DNA of 64,000 bases from a candidate division WOR-3 bacterium (GTDB taxonomy: Bacteria > Hydrothermota > Tepidihabitantia > SM23-42): assembly GCA_027026255.1 (NCBI GenBank), contig JALVOT010000014.1, forward strand, positions 23,986 through 87,985, given 5' to 3'. The notes under the pieces were generated by a model. That model made no database searches. It saw nothing but the letters and a program-made list of their open reading frames with translations, and was not told the origin of the DNA. A program made the translations under genes and the position numbers. Below, piece after piece: positions 15,568 through 24,197 of the stretch (position 1 is its first letter; the number at the start of each line of letters is the position of its first letter).

Positions 15568-16509
15568 CTATTTAACCTGAAGCAGAGGGATAAAGTTTTT
15601 ATCATAGGGTGAAATCACAATTGTATTATTGGGAGAGTCATAAAGTTTCTGCAGATTTTCAAGGTATTTCCAGGAGAGATATGCCCTTCCTCTTTCACCG
15701 ATTAGAGATTGGGCAATTATGCGCTGTGCCTGAGCAATACCGGATGCCTCAATCTTCTTTCTTTCAGCCTCTTTCTTCTCCTTCTGGAGGACGAACTCCA
15801 TTTTCTGGGCTTCCTGTTCCGCCTCAAGTTTTGCCTCAATTGCGCTCTTTACCTTTGCCGGAAGACTGATATTTCTTAAAAGAACCTTTTCCAGCACTAT
15901 ACCGCGGCTTTCGTAGTCTTTCTTTAATGCCCGGGTGATTTCATTTTGAACCTCTTCGCGTTTTTCCGAATAGATTTCAACCGCCATATATCTTACTGTA
16001 GTATTTCTTATCGCTGTGCGGGCTGCCGGTCTGACAATCTTGGAGACATAATCACTGCCGATTTTCTGAAAGACAATCGCTGCCTTTTCCGGCATAAGAT
16101 GGAACCAGACCGTAAGGTCCATCTTGACCTCAAGCCCATCCCGGGTTAGTGCACTTATGGCATCATCACCGTATCTTTGACCCTCTTCAGTCGCCGCCGA
16201 CATTGTATATGCCTGGGTGCGGATACTCATAATTTTGAGGTTTATGAAGGGGTTAACAACATTGAGACCTTCACGCATGGTAGAACCGGTCAGGACCCGA
16301 CCGAAGAGTATCTGGATTCCAACTGAGCCAGGCGGCACAATGCGCAGGAGAGAAGTGATTATTAAAATAACAGCCAGGGCAGTTCCACCCATTGATACAT
16401 AGGAGCGAATTTTAAGTTTGTCCTGAAGCCGAAGATCTTCAGGTCTGACCTTGTAGGTTGCACGAAAGACAATTAAAAAAACGATGATAAGAATCCCTAA
16501 GATAAACAT
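15568..16509 (-). CDS. SPFH/band-7 domain membrane protein
   Basis: 313 aa; N-terminal TM, SPFH core, C-terminal Ala/Glu/Lys-rich coiled coil. Confidence 0.8.
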   Translation of the reverse strand: MFILGILIIVFLIVFRATYKVRPEDLRLQDKLKIRSYVSMGGTALAVILIITSLLRIVPPGSVGIQILFGRVLTGSTMREGLNVVNPFINLKIMSIRTQAYTMSAATEEGQRYGDDAISALTRDGLEVKMDLTVWFHLMPEKAAIVFQKIGSDYVSKIVRPAARTAIRNTTVRYMAVEIYSEKREEVQNEITRALKKDYESRGIVLEKVLLRNISLPAKVKSAIEAKLEAEQEAQKMEFVLQKEKKEAERKKIEASGIAQAQRIIAQSLIGERGRAYLSWKYLENLQKLYDSPNNTIVISPYDKNFIPLLQVK

Positions 16510-16559
16510 ACATACCTCCTTTCATTAAGGTCCGGATTCTCCAAATCAGATATATTATT

Positions 16560-16587
16560 ATTATAACTTAAATTCCCTTAGTGTCAA
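16560..16587 (-). promoter_or_regulatory. sigma70-type promoter (TTGACA, 16 bp, TATAAT) with about 45-nt leader and AGGAGGT for SPFH-GNAT
   Basis: -35 at 16582-16587, -10 at 16560-16565 on the minus strand. Confidence 0.5.
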
Positions 16588-16646
16588 TTGGTGTGAACAC
16601 TGACTCCTCTCCACTTTTTGTCCCGGTTTTTTGTAAGTACAATATA

Positions 16647-16758
16647 GCCGAGGGGCGTCCCGCCCCGAGGCAGGAACGCCTGGCGAGCTGCCGGAGATTC
16701 TGAAACGAGTTAAGAATGATAAACCTCCAGCGGGCGGCGGGGACGCCGCCCGCGCTGG
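16647..16758. ncRNA. GC-rich hairpin island, candidate structured RNA of unassigned family
   Basis: Two near-perfect GC hairpins (ggggcg-tcc-cgcccc; ccagcgggcggcg-ggga-cgccgcccgcgctgg) flank an AT hairpin in an otherwise AT-rich 600-bp non-coding gap. No flanking T-run, so not a plain terminator. Strand not determined. Confidence 0.25.
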
Positions 16759-16954
16759 AAAAAATTGAACCGGGCGAAGATGGCAGAGAAATTTTTCAAA
16801 TAACCAATAAATAATATAAAAAAAGTAAAACGAAGTTGTTGAGTATTTTTCGTCTTAGTTTAATAATCTCAGGGAAGTTTATTCTGTCCAGAATACCGTT
16901 GTAATTAATCAAGGAGGCATAATGAAAAAAGTGGAGAGGAATCAGGTGTGAACA

Positions 16955-17022
16955 GTTATTCGTTATACGGTGTCGATGCCCGTCTGGTTTATAGGTTGTG
17001 GTTAATCGGCTAAAAACAAAAA
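16955..17022 (+). repeat. Conserved 68-bp intergenic element, copy 1
   Basis: gttattcgttatacggtgtcgatgcccgtctggtttataggttgtggttaatcggctaaaaacaaaaa; about 90% identical to 21166-21232, same orientation. Confidence 0.7.
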
Positions 17023-17113
17023 TAAAAGCCTGTTTTATTACAGCACTTCAGTCTGACCTTTTCAATCTGCCCGGCGACGAGATTTACAGGGTATAATTAA
17101 ATATTAAAGGTCG

Positions 17114-18205
17114 TCAATAGTAAAAGAAACAGCAGGCCCGGCAGACTGAGAAGAATTCTCTGTTTTTTATCCGGATGCGGAGATTTTTATTCTTTTTGTT
17201 GTTCCAGAGGTGAAGAAATTTTTCATTGATAAGACTGCCCAGAATATAGTCAGGGCAGGATTCGACTTCACCATCAGGAAGGATTGTTGCGGTATTCCAG
17301 GGTGCCCGGCACCTGCCTTTGAATACCGAATAGAAGTCGGCACCTGGTTTATAGTATTGCAAAAATTGCTGTTTACTGAATCGGGGGAAGATGTTGATTG
17401 TTATTTTTGTGTTCTTTTTTATTTTTTCAAAAACCTTCTGGATATTAGTGAAATTTTCCGGTTTCGGGGCGACACGATATGCCTCGCGCCAGTAGTTCAA
17501 TTCCCGACCCAATATATTTTTCAAAAAATGGCGGTGTTCCTCAATCGCCTCTTTATCAGCAAAAAGTGGATAGAGAAATTTCACTTCATCTATATGAAGA
17601 GAGCGGGCGATATCAACAATTTTTTGCATCGCCAAGGGGTTTTCAAAATTTATCATTGAGTGAATCTTTATTCTGGGTTTTCTTTTTTTCTTTTTTATTT
17701 CATTGATGCCATCAAGGATTTGATTAAAGGTGCCCGCAACGCCCCTGATTTTGTCGTGAATTTCTGCCGGACCATCAATAGAGATATTTATTTGATTTAC
17801 GGTTGCAGCGATAATTGAAGTAAATTTCTTAAGGTAGGTTCCATTGGTGGTGAGGACAAGGAATAGTTTATGCCTTTTGATATATTCCAGGAGTTTATCG
17901 ATATCTGGATAGAGTAATGGTTCACCACCGGAAAGATGAATCCTCGGACCAGACCCTGAAACCTGGTCGATGATCGATTTCCACTGTTCAATTTTTAATT
18001 CTTTCTTGGGGATGCGGAATTTTTCAAAACACATCTTACACCGCAGATTACATCGGTCTGTAGGGAAGATATTGATGGTCTCGGGTGGTAGTGCCTGGTA
18101 ATTTAAGAGCGGGGCAAAGGTGTGGCTGAAGACTGCACCGACCCGGCGGCGGATAATATTAAAGAGATAGGGCGATTTTTCTATTATTAAAACAGGATCA
18201 GCCAT
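17114..18205 (-). CDS. Radical SAM protein with C-terminal SPASM-like Cys cluster
   Basis: 363 aa; CNLRCKMC (CxxxCxxC) near the N-terminus, C-terminal CRAPW...CPDY...CRACC; start overlaps the queG stop. Confidence 0.7.
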   Translation of the reverse strand: MADPVLIIEKSPYLFNIIRRRVGAVFSHTFAPLLNYQALPPETINIFPTDRCNLRCKMCFEKFRIPKKELKIEQWKSIIDQVSGSGPRIHLSGGEPLLYPDIDKLLEYIKRHKLFLVLTTNGTYLKKFTSIIAATVNQINISIDGPAEIHDKIRGVAGTFNQILDGINEIKKKKRKPRIKIHSMINFENPLAMQKIVDIARSLHIDEVKFLYPLFADKEAIEEHRHFLKNILGRELNYWREAYRVAPKPENFTNIQKVFEKIKKNTKITINIFPRFSKQQFLQYYKPGADFYSVFKGRCRAPWNTATILPDGEVESCPDYILGSLINEKFLHLWNNKKNKNLRIRIKNREFFSVCRACCFFYY

Positions 18206-19223
18206 TATTCAAATTATTTATTGCCCAGTGTGCGGTTTGGGCGATGACCGGGTCAGGATGATTGGTGAATTTTTTTAATACCGGCAGAAATCTATTGTCT
18301 TTAGTATTACTGATGCCGATGAGTGCATTCCTTTTTATCGCCCGAAAATCTATCCAGGAGGCGGTAATCTGATTTTTGGGATATTTTCGGCGATATTCAT
18401 CTTCTTCTATATCGAGTATCTTTAAAAGGGGTAAACCGGGACCAACATATCCGATATCACTCTTGGGCGGCTGCGGTTTCACATCTCTATTTTTCGGACA
18501 GACATCCTGACAGGTGGTGCAGCCATAAAGGCGATTGCCCCAGACCTTTGCAATCCTGTCCGGGATCGGACCGTACCAACCAGAGAGTGCCTGGATACAC
18601 CGGGTATTGTCAATAATATATGGTTTGATTATTGCCCCGGTCGGACAGGCGGCAATACATTTATCACAATCTCCACAGTCAATCTCAAGTTCGGTATCCG
18701 GTGTTAATTTTAGATCAGTAACAATCTCTCCGAATACCATCCAGGAACCAAATTCTTTATTTATAATGATGCCATTTTTTCCATAATACCCTACACCACT
18801 TTTCCGGGCAAGGGGTTTTTCAGGGATTGAACCGTTTGAAAAGATGCGGCATTTTGCCCGGGATTCTTTTTTTATGACCTGAGCCAGCCTCTTTAATCTT
18901 TTTTTTAATTCAAGATAGTAATTGCGCCAGGTATAACGGGCGATAATTCCATAAGGGCCATTTTCATTCAAGGGAATTTCTTCGGAGGTTAGATACCCTA
19001 ATGCACCGATGATAATGGATTTTGCCCAGGGAAATCGCACCTGAATATTACAGAATCGTTCAACATCGATATTTGACAGATAATCTGAATCCAGATATAG
19101 GCCCTTCTTTTTTTGCGCCGGGATGATTTTTGCAAGGGTTGTAAATGATCTGGCTTGAGCAATGCGAATTACATCAATTCCGAATTCCCTCCCCAGTTTT
19201 TTGAGTTCCGTTTCATCAATCAC
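18198..19223 (-). CDS. queG: tRNA epoxyqueuosine(34) reductase QueG
   Basis: 341 aa; two ferredoxin-type Cys motifs (CGDCDKCIAACPTGAI; CTTCQDVCPKN) in the characteristic QueG arrangement. Confidence 0.75.
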   Translation of the reverse strand: MIDETELKKLGREFGIDVIRIAQARSFTTLAKIIPAQKKKGLYLDSDYLSNIDVERFCNIQVRFPWAKSIIIGALGYLTSEEIPLNENGPYGIIARYTWRNYYLELKKRLKRLAQVIKKESRAKCRIFSNGSIPEKPLARKSGVGYYGKNGIIINKEFGSWMVFGEIVTDLKLTPDTELEIDCGDCDKCIAACPTGAIIKPYIIDNTRCIQALSGWYGPIPDRIAKVWGNRLYGCTTCQDVCPKNRDVKPQPPKSDIGYVGPGLPLLKILDIEEDEYRRKYPKNQITASWIDFRAIKRNALIGISNTKDNRFLPVLKKFTNHPDPVIAQTAHWAINNLNNG

Positions 19224-19229
19224 TATTTT

Positions 19230-19460
19230 TTATTTCAGTAATATTCCCAGAGGGAAGAAGACAAGGTAGCCCACGATTAATAGTATCGGAGAGATTACTA
19301 TATCCCCGGCAGCGAGAAGGATAAAACCGAGGACAACAAGAATAAGTCCGATGCCGAAAAATATAGTATTCTTGCGTGAAAATTGAATCTGGACCAGGGT
19401 CTGGGCTGGTTTTTCTTTTATCTCCTTTTCCTTCTTTTTCTTTTTGGATTTTTTTGACAT
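19230..19460 (-). CDS. Small membrane protein with Lys-rich N-terminus
   Basis: 76 aa; AAGGAG SD 6 nt upstream; preferred over the overlapping alternative-frame ORF 19216-19467. Confidence 0.5.
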   Translation of the reverse strand: MSKKSKKKKKEKEIKEKPAQTLVQIQFSRKNTIFFGIGLILVVLGFILLAAGDIVISPILLIVGYLVFFPLGILLK

Positions 19461-19463
19461 CTT

Positions 19464-21113
19464 TCACTCCTTCTCTTTTTCGCCTCTTCGGGCAATCTTT
19501 TTAAAATCACCATCACTAATTTTATAGATATCAAATGCCTGATTCTTCTTGGTGATTTCATCAATCAGGCGCGGTAGAGTTGTCCGGGTATAATTCTTTA
19601 ATACCCTTAACTGATATAGACCTTCAAAGAATCTTTTTGCCAGCTCACCAATCGAACTGATATTCTGGTCTATTATATTGAGCAGTGAGGAATCAGGTTC
19701 CGCCGGGCTGGAAAATATCGCACCCTCAACATATCTTTCACCCAGTCTCGGCACCCTTTCCTTCTTGAATGTCTTTATTCCCAGCAGCTGCACACCCTCC
19801 AGACCATAATATGCAATCTGGGGTGTCGTATTTATAATCATATCTGAACTCATTGCCAAAAATATCGCCTCGGGTTCCATTTTTTTTATTGCCTTAAGTT
19901 GATATTTCAGAGTAATGGAATCAGGGGAGAAACTTATATTTGCCACCACGGTGCGATTATTCTTTATGACCTCCTGGGCGAATGTTCGGGCGATTATATT
20001 ATAATTTTCTTCATCACTGTAGAGGATTGCAAATTTGTTAATACCAAGGTTAAAGATAGCATAGTCGGCGATTATCTTTGCCTGGGTTTCAAAGTTTTCT
20101 TTTCTGGTGAAGACAAGGGGAATCTGTTCAAACCGCGCCTCTTCGGTTATGGGAAGAAAGACAGGAACGCCTTTACCATCCGCAAATCCGCAGATTCCAA
20201 ATGCCTCTCGAGAGCTTACCGGAGCAATGAGAAAATCGACCTGTAAATCATTAATCAGTTTCCGGGCGGCAATGATTGCTTCAATCGGGTCGGATTTTGT
20301 ATCAAGAAGGTGGAGAGAGTATGGAAGTATTTTATTTTTTTCAAATGATTTTATGACTTTGAATAATTCCTTCCCGATATCTTTAAATTTTCCGCTCAGA
20401 GGCAGGAGAACACCGGCCCGGCCGGTGGTTGAACCGAGGTTTATGAATCGCTGGTATTCTTCAATCTCAAATTTATAAGCCGTTTGTGGATAGCGTCGTA
20501 TGAGCAGATTAAAATCCCTTTCGGCCTCTGCTTTTTTCCCCTCGCGGGCTTCAATCTGGGCGAGGTTGTAGAGAATATGTTCATCAACCGGTTCCGCCAT
20601 AAAGATGCGGTGTAATTTTTCCAGTTGTGAAATTGATAGGTTGGGCAGGGTCTTCAGAATGTGCTCAAATGCCTTTGCCCGGGCGATTGTGTCTTTGCTG
20701 CTTGTATAGAATTTTAGAAGATAAAATGATGCCTTATAATCCCTGGCAAGATTGTAATACGACTCTCCCAGGAGTGATAAAGTATTTGTGTAGTATTTTG
20801 AATTGGGGAATTCTTCAATAAAATATTCACCGGTTGAAACCGCCTTTTCAAACCGATTTAGTTTATAATAACAGAATGCAGTGAGGTAGAGGGCAGGTTC
20901 ATAGGCATCACTCTTTTTATATTTTTTAATTATCAGCTGAAACTGTTCTAATGCCCGGGTATATGCCTTTTTGTTAAAATAATCCTGTCCCTTTTCAAAC
21001 AGCGTTATCGCCTTTTCATTGGCATACTCGGCTTCGTATTGCTTGAGTATGCTCGGTTGTATTTGGGCACAACCAAAAAAGAGTATTGGGAGAATTAGAG
21101 ATAGTTTTTTCAT
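19464..21113 (-). CDS. TPR-repeat plus LivK-type periplasmic-binding-fold protein (LpoA-like architecture)
   Basis: About 549 aa; signal peptide with lipobox-like FFGCAQ, N-terminal TPR helices, C-terminal type-1 PBP fold. ATG at 21111-21113 preferred over the TTG at 21116 given by the ORF track. Confidence 0.55.
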   Translation of the reverse strand: MKKLSLILPILFFGCAQIQPSILKQYEAEYANEKAITLFEKGQDYFNKKAYTRALEQFQLIIKKYKKSDAYEPALYLTAFCYYKLNRFEKAVSTGEYFIEEFPNSKYYTNTLSLLGESYYNLARDYKASFYLLKFYTSSKDTIARAKAFEHILKTLPNLSISQLEKLHRIFMAEPVDEHILYNLAQIEAREGKKAEAERDFNLLIRRYPQTAYKFEIEEYQRFINLGSTTGRAGVLLPLSGKFKDIGKELFKVIKSFEKNKILPYSLHLLDTKSDPIEAIIAARKLINDLQVDFLIAPVSSREAFGICGFADGKGVPVFLPITEEARFEQIPLVFTRKENFETQAKIIADYAIFNLGINKFAILYSDEENYNIIARTFAQEVIKNNRTVVANISFSPDSITLKYQLKAIKKMEPEAIFLAMSSDMIINTTPQIAYYGLEGVQLLGIKTFKKERVPRLGERYVEGAIFSSPAEPDSSLLNIIDQNISSIGELAKRFFEGLYQLRVLKNYTRTTLPRLIDEITKKNQAFDIYKISDGDFKKIARRGEKEKE

Positions 21114-21120
21114 CAATCAG

Positions 21121-21148
21121 ATATTACTCAAAAATGCGTATATGTCAA
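21121..21148 (-). promoter_or_regulatory. Leaderless sigma70-type promoter (TTGACA, 16 bp, TAATAT, 7 nt to ATG 21113) for the LpoA-like/queG/radical-SAM operon
   Basis: -35 at 21143-21148, -10 at 21121-21126 on the minus strand. Confidence 0.5.
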
Positions 21149-21165
21149 CGGGTTAGTAAAGGATC

Positions 21166-21232
21166 GTTATTCGTTGTGCGGTGTCGATGCCCGTTTAGTT
21201 ATAGGTTGTGGTTAATCGGCTGAAGACAAAAA
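21166..21232 (+). repeat. Conserved 68-bp intergenic element, copy 2
   Basis: gttattcgttgtgcggtgtcgatgcccgtttagttataggttgtggttaatcggctgaagacaaaaa; lies between two divergent promoters; closed by a downstream inverted segment (ccacgaataacg). Confidence 0.7.
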
Positions 21233-21379
21233 ACCACGAATAACGAAACCTTACGACGAGACGGGCTTCGATGTCCAACAACTTACAACGATGTTATCCG
21301 GTGCTTGAGAAATTCTATTCGCGACAGCGTATAACTTCCAGGGCGCAGCCCGCACTTTCAACCCTTCGTGAATAACTTC

Positions 21380-21407
21380 TTGATTTTTTAAGAAATCTAT
21401 TTAATAT
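21380..21407 (+). promoter_or_regulatory. Leaderless sigma70-type promoter (TTGATT, 16 bp, TAATAT, 5 nt to ATG 21413)
   Basis: Boxes read directly. Confidence 0.5.
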
Positions 21408-21412
21408 TAGCT

Positions 21413-22573
21413 ATGCGATATTTAATGATAATCAATGTGCTTTTTGTTTCTATTCTCAGTAACTGCACCCACTACATAAAATATACTCCGGATCCGGAAA
21501 GGGATATCGGAGATTGGGTAAAGAACTTTAATTGCCAGAAATCATTTCATTATTCATATAAATTGCAGACCGCCTGGCTCTCTTCGACAGCCGAGGGTGA
21601 TTGTATTATCGGCCTCGGTGAGCATATCAAGGGGACCTGGCAAAGGCCAGAATCTACGGTCAATTTTGAATATATTGGATTAGGGGATATCGAGTATATT
21701 AAAAAGGATGGAAAATGGGAACGGGCAGTAAGGGGGGAAGAATCCAATATATTTGAGCAGATTAAGCGGATAATGGAGTTTGACAGCTTTGTATATAAGG
21801 GGTTTGAACAGGGATACTGGTATCAATTTAAACCGAATATTCCATTCCTTGCCCCAAAGAGATGGCGCGATATGAAGGGATATCTTAAAATTTCTGAGAA
21901 GACATTTTTGCCTGAATTTATCTGGGCTGGACTGCCAGATTCAACGACATTTTATCAAATAAGTTTAGAGCGGTATAATAAGATAAGAGGTATAAAACCG
22001 CCGCGCCATAATTATAATCTATTTACCGTCGATATCAATATTGAACCCCGGCATGGACTTGGCTTAATTAATAAGAGGTTGAAACTGATTGGTCTGAATT
22101 ATCAACTTAAGATTCAGGATTCGGTTCTGGTGCTGAGGGTACCGGACTATTATCGTGGGACCGACCTTGAGTCGGCACTTGCTCCCGGAAGCCTTGAGGT
22201 CTGGGGCTTAACCAAACTCAAGGCAGAATCAAAAAGGGTTATATACATTAATGAGGATATTAAAAAACCAGTCTATCTTACAGGAAAATTACTGAATAAC
22301 CGCGATATTAAGGATGCACGGATTCGTTTTGATGAACGGCACCGACCCTATATTTTACTAAAACTTAAGAAGAAGTTTAAATTTCCTGAAGAGGTCGTCT
22401 TTCTATCTGATCACCGTTTGATAGCTGCGGTAAAACTTGACACCAGAAGAAAAATGGATAAAATAAGGCTGCTGACAGAAATGGAATATTATCGCATTGA
22501 ATTCCTCAGAGCCGGAATTATCCAGCCATTGCCCCCTTTGAAACTGAAAATTTTTAAAAAGGGGAGTAGTTGA
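21413..22573 (+). CDS. Hypothetical secreted protein or lipoprotein, first gene of the GT2 operon
   Basis: 386 aa with N-terminal signal peptide (MRYLMIINVLFVSILSNC); no recognised catalytic motif; stop overlaps the GT2 start. Confidence 0.5.
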   Translation: MRYLMIINVLFVSILSNCTHYIKYTPDPERDIGDWVKNFNCQKSFHYSYKLQTAWLSSTAEGDCIIGLGEHIKGTWQRPESTVNFEYIGLGDIEYIKKDGKWERAVRGEESNIFEQIKRIMEFDSFVYKGFEQGYWYQFKPNIPFLAPKRWRDMKGYLKISEKTFLPEFIWAGLPDSTTFYQISLERYNKIRGIKPPRHNYNLFTVDINIEPRHGLGLINKRLKLIGLNYQLKIQDSVLVLRVPDYYRGTDLESALAPGSLEVWGLTKLKAESKRVIYINEDIKKPVYLTGKLLNNRDIKDARIRFDERHRPYILLKLKKKFKFPEEVVFLSDHRLIAAVKLDTRRKMDKIRLLTEMEYYRIEFLRAGIIQPLPPLKLKIFKKGSS

Positions 22574-24048
22574 TTACATTAATTCTAATCATCTATACCC
22601 TGTTTCTTATAATTCTCTTTGGTTACTCGATTCATGCATTTATACTTTTAAATTACTATTATAAGTTTCACAAACATCCGGTGCATCGAAAAAAGAAAAA
22701 GAAGGTTTTAAAGAATTTTCCTGCGGTAACAGTCCAACTGCCTATTTATAACGAAAAATATGTGGTGCACCGTTTAATAAAGAGTGTTGTGGAGCTGGAT
22801 TATCCCAGGGAAAGGCTGGAGATTCAGGTGCTTGATGATTCTGATGATGAAACTACGGAGATTGTCGAGCACCTTGTGCAGATTTATCAAAAGGATGGCT
22901 ATGATATAAAACATATAAGAAGGGGGTCGCGCCGGGGTTTTAAGGCAGGTGCATTGCAGTATGGGCTTGAGATGGCAAAGGGTGAATTTCTTGCAATTTT
23001 TGATGCCGATTTTGTTCCGCCCAGAGACTTTCTTACGGAGTTATTACCGGAATTTGAGGATCAAAATATCGGCGGTGTTCAGGCACGCTGGGGGCATTTA
23101 AATGATCGGGCGTCTTTTCTTACCCGGGCACAGGCAATCGGCCTTGATAATCACTTTGCAATAGAACAGCGTCTTCGTTTTTTAGCAAACTGTTTTATCA
23201 ATTTCAATGGAACCTGTGGAATCTGGAGGAAAAAAGCAATTATTGATGGTGGAGGATGGCACAGTGATACCCTTGCTGAGGACCTTGACCTTTCTTATCG
23301 GGTTCAATTAAAGGGCTGGAAGATAAAATACCGCGAAGATTTTGCGGTTCAGGGAGAATTACCTGAGAATGTTGCAAGTTTCCGCATCCAGCAGAATCGC
23401 TGGGCAATGGGCACAATCCAGGTTGCCCGTAAACTATTAATAAAGGTTTTGAAATCGAAACTCAGGCCGATTGCAAAGTTTGAGGCGTTTGTTCATCTTA
23501 CCTGTCATATAAATTTTCTTGCTATGCTTGGTCTGGCAATATTTTCGCCGATTATTGTCTATTTAAAGGTTGAAGGGCTCGCCCCGACCGGTTATTATAT
23601 ATTCGCTTCGTTCTTTACGATTGGGGCATTTGGTTATCCTATTCTCTATTATCTTTCCCAGCGTGAGCTTTATAAAGACTATATTCACAGGATTCCATTC
23701 ATCGCCGGGGTGATTGCCTACTCAATGGGTTTATCAGTATCCAACACCAAGGCGATAATTGAGGGCTGGCTTAAAAAACATCATATCTTTACCCGAACCC
23801 CAAAGTCCGGAGGAAAAAAACAGGGGTACCGTCCCGAATGTAAATTCTTTGTCCCTCTTGTTGAACTCCTTTTGGGGATTTATATGCTTTCGGGTCTGAT
23901 TTATGTCGTTGTCCACTTCCAATTAATTCTCATTCCCTTTCTACTACTCTATTGTTATGGATTTTTGAGTTTGGGTGTCCTTTCCCTTAAGGATTTAATC
24001 TTTGTTCCCAGATTTAAGGAGGTTGCATGCTCAAGAGAGAACTTTTAG
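22570..24048 (+). CDS. Membrane-embedded processive family-2 glycosyltransferase (cellulose/chitin/hyaluronan-synthase-like)
   Basis: 492 aa; N-terminal TM, D/DxD region ([13 protein letters not shown]), QxxRW motif ([10 protein letters not shown]), C-terminal TM bundle. Confidence 0.8.
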   Translation: MITLILIIYTLFLIILFGYSIHAFILLNYYYKFHKHPVHRKKKKKVLKNFPAVTVQLPIYNEKYVVHRLIKSVVELDYPRERLEIQVLDDSDDETTEIVEHLVQIYQKDGYDIKHIRRGSRRGFKAGALQYGLEMAKGEFLAIFDADFVPPRDFLTELLPEFEDQNIGGVQARWGHLNDRASFLTRAQAIGLDNHFAIEQRLRFLANCFINFNGTCGIWRKKAIIDGGGWHSDTLAEDLDLSYRVQLKGWKIKYREDFAVQGELPENVASFRIQQNRWAMGTIQVARKLLIKVLKSKLRPIAKFEAFVHLTCHINFLAMLGLAIFSPIIVYLKVEGLAPTGYYIFASFFTIGAFGYPILYYLSQRELYKDYIHRIPFIAGVIAYSMGLSVSNTKAIIEGWLKKHHIFTRTPKSGGKKQGYRPECKFFVPLVELLLGIYMLSGLIYVVVHFQLILIPFLLLYCYGFLSLGVLSLKDLIFVPRFKEVACSRENF

Positions 24049-24197
24049 ATATTCTGGTCTGTCCAAAGTGTAAGGGTGAATTGGAATATGACCAGAAAAA
24101 TCAGGAGTTAATTTGTCACAAATGTAAACTTGCCTATGCAATAAAAGATGATATTCCTATTATGCTTATTGAAGAGGCAAGGAAATTGAATGATTGA
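24027..24197 (+). CDS. Trm112/YcaR-like small zinc-ribbon protein (56 aa; below ORF-track cutoff)
   Basis: [56 protein letters not shown]; AAGGAGG SD at 24016-24022. Confidence 0.6.
   Translation: MLKRELLDILVCPKCKGELEYDQKNQELICHKCKLAYAIKDDIPIMLIEEARKLND

Noticed and set aside
16647-16758. Assignment of the GC-rich island to SRP RNA, tmRNA, RNase P or a terminator
   Set aside because: I could not find the conserved SRP domain IV motif, a tRNA-like T-arm or tag frame, or P4-type motifs, and no U-run follows the hairpins; kept only as an unassigned candidate.
19216-19467. 83-aa alternative-frame ORF overlapping the 76-aa membrane protein
   Set aside because: The 19230-19460 frame has a proper SD and a membrane-protein-like product; this frame yields a Cys/Arg-rich low-complexity product.
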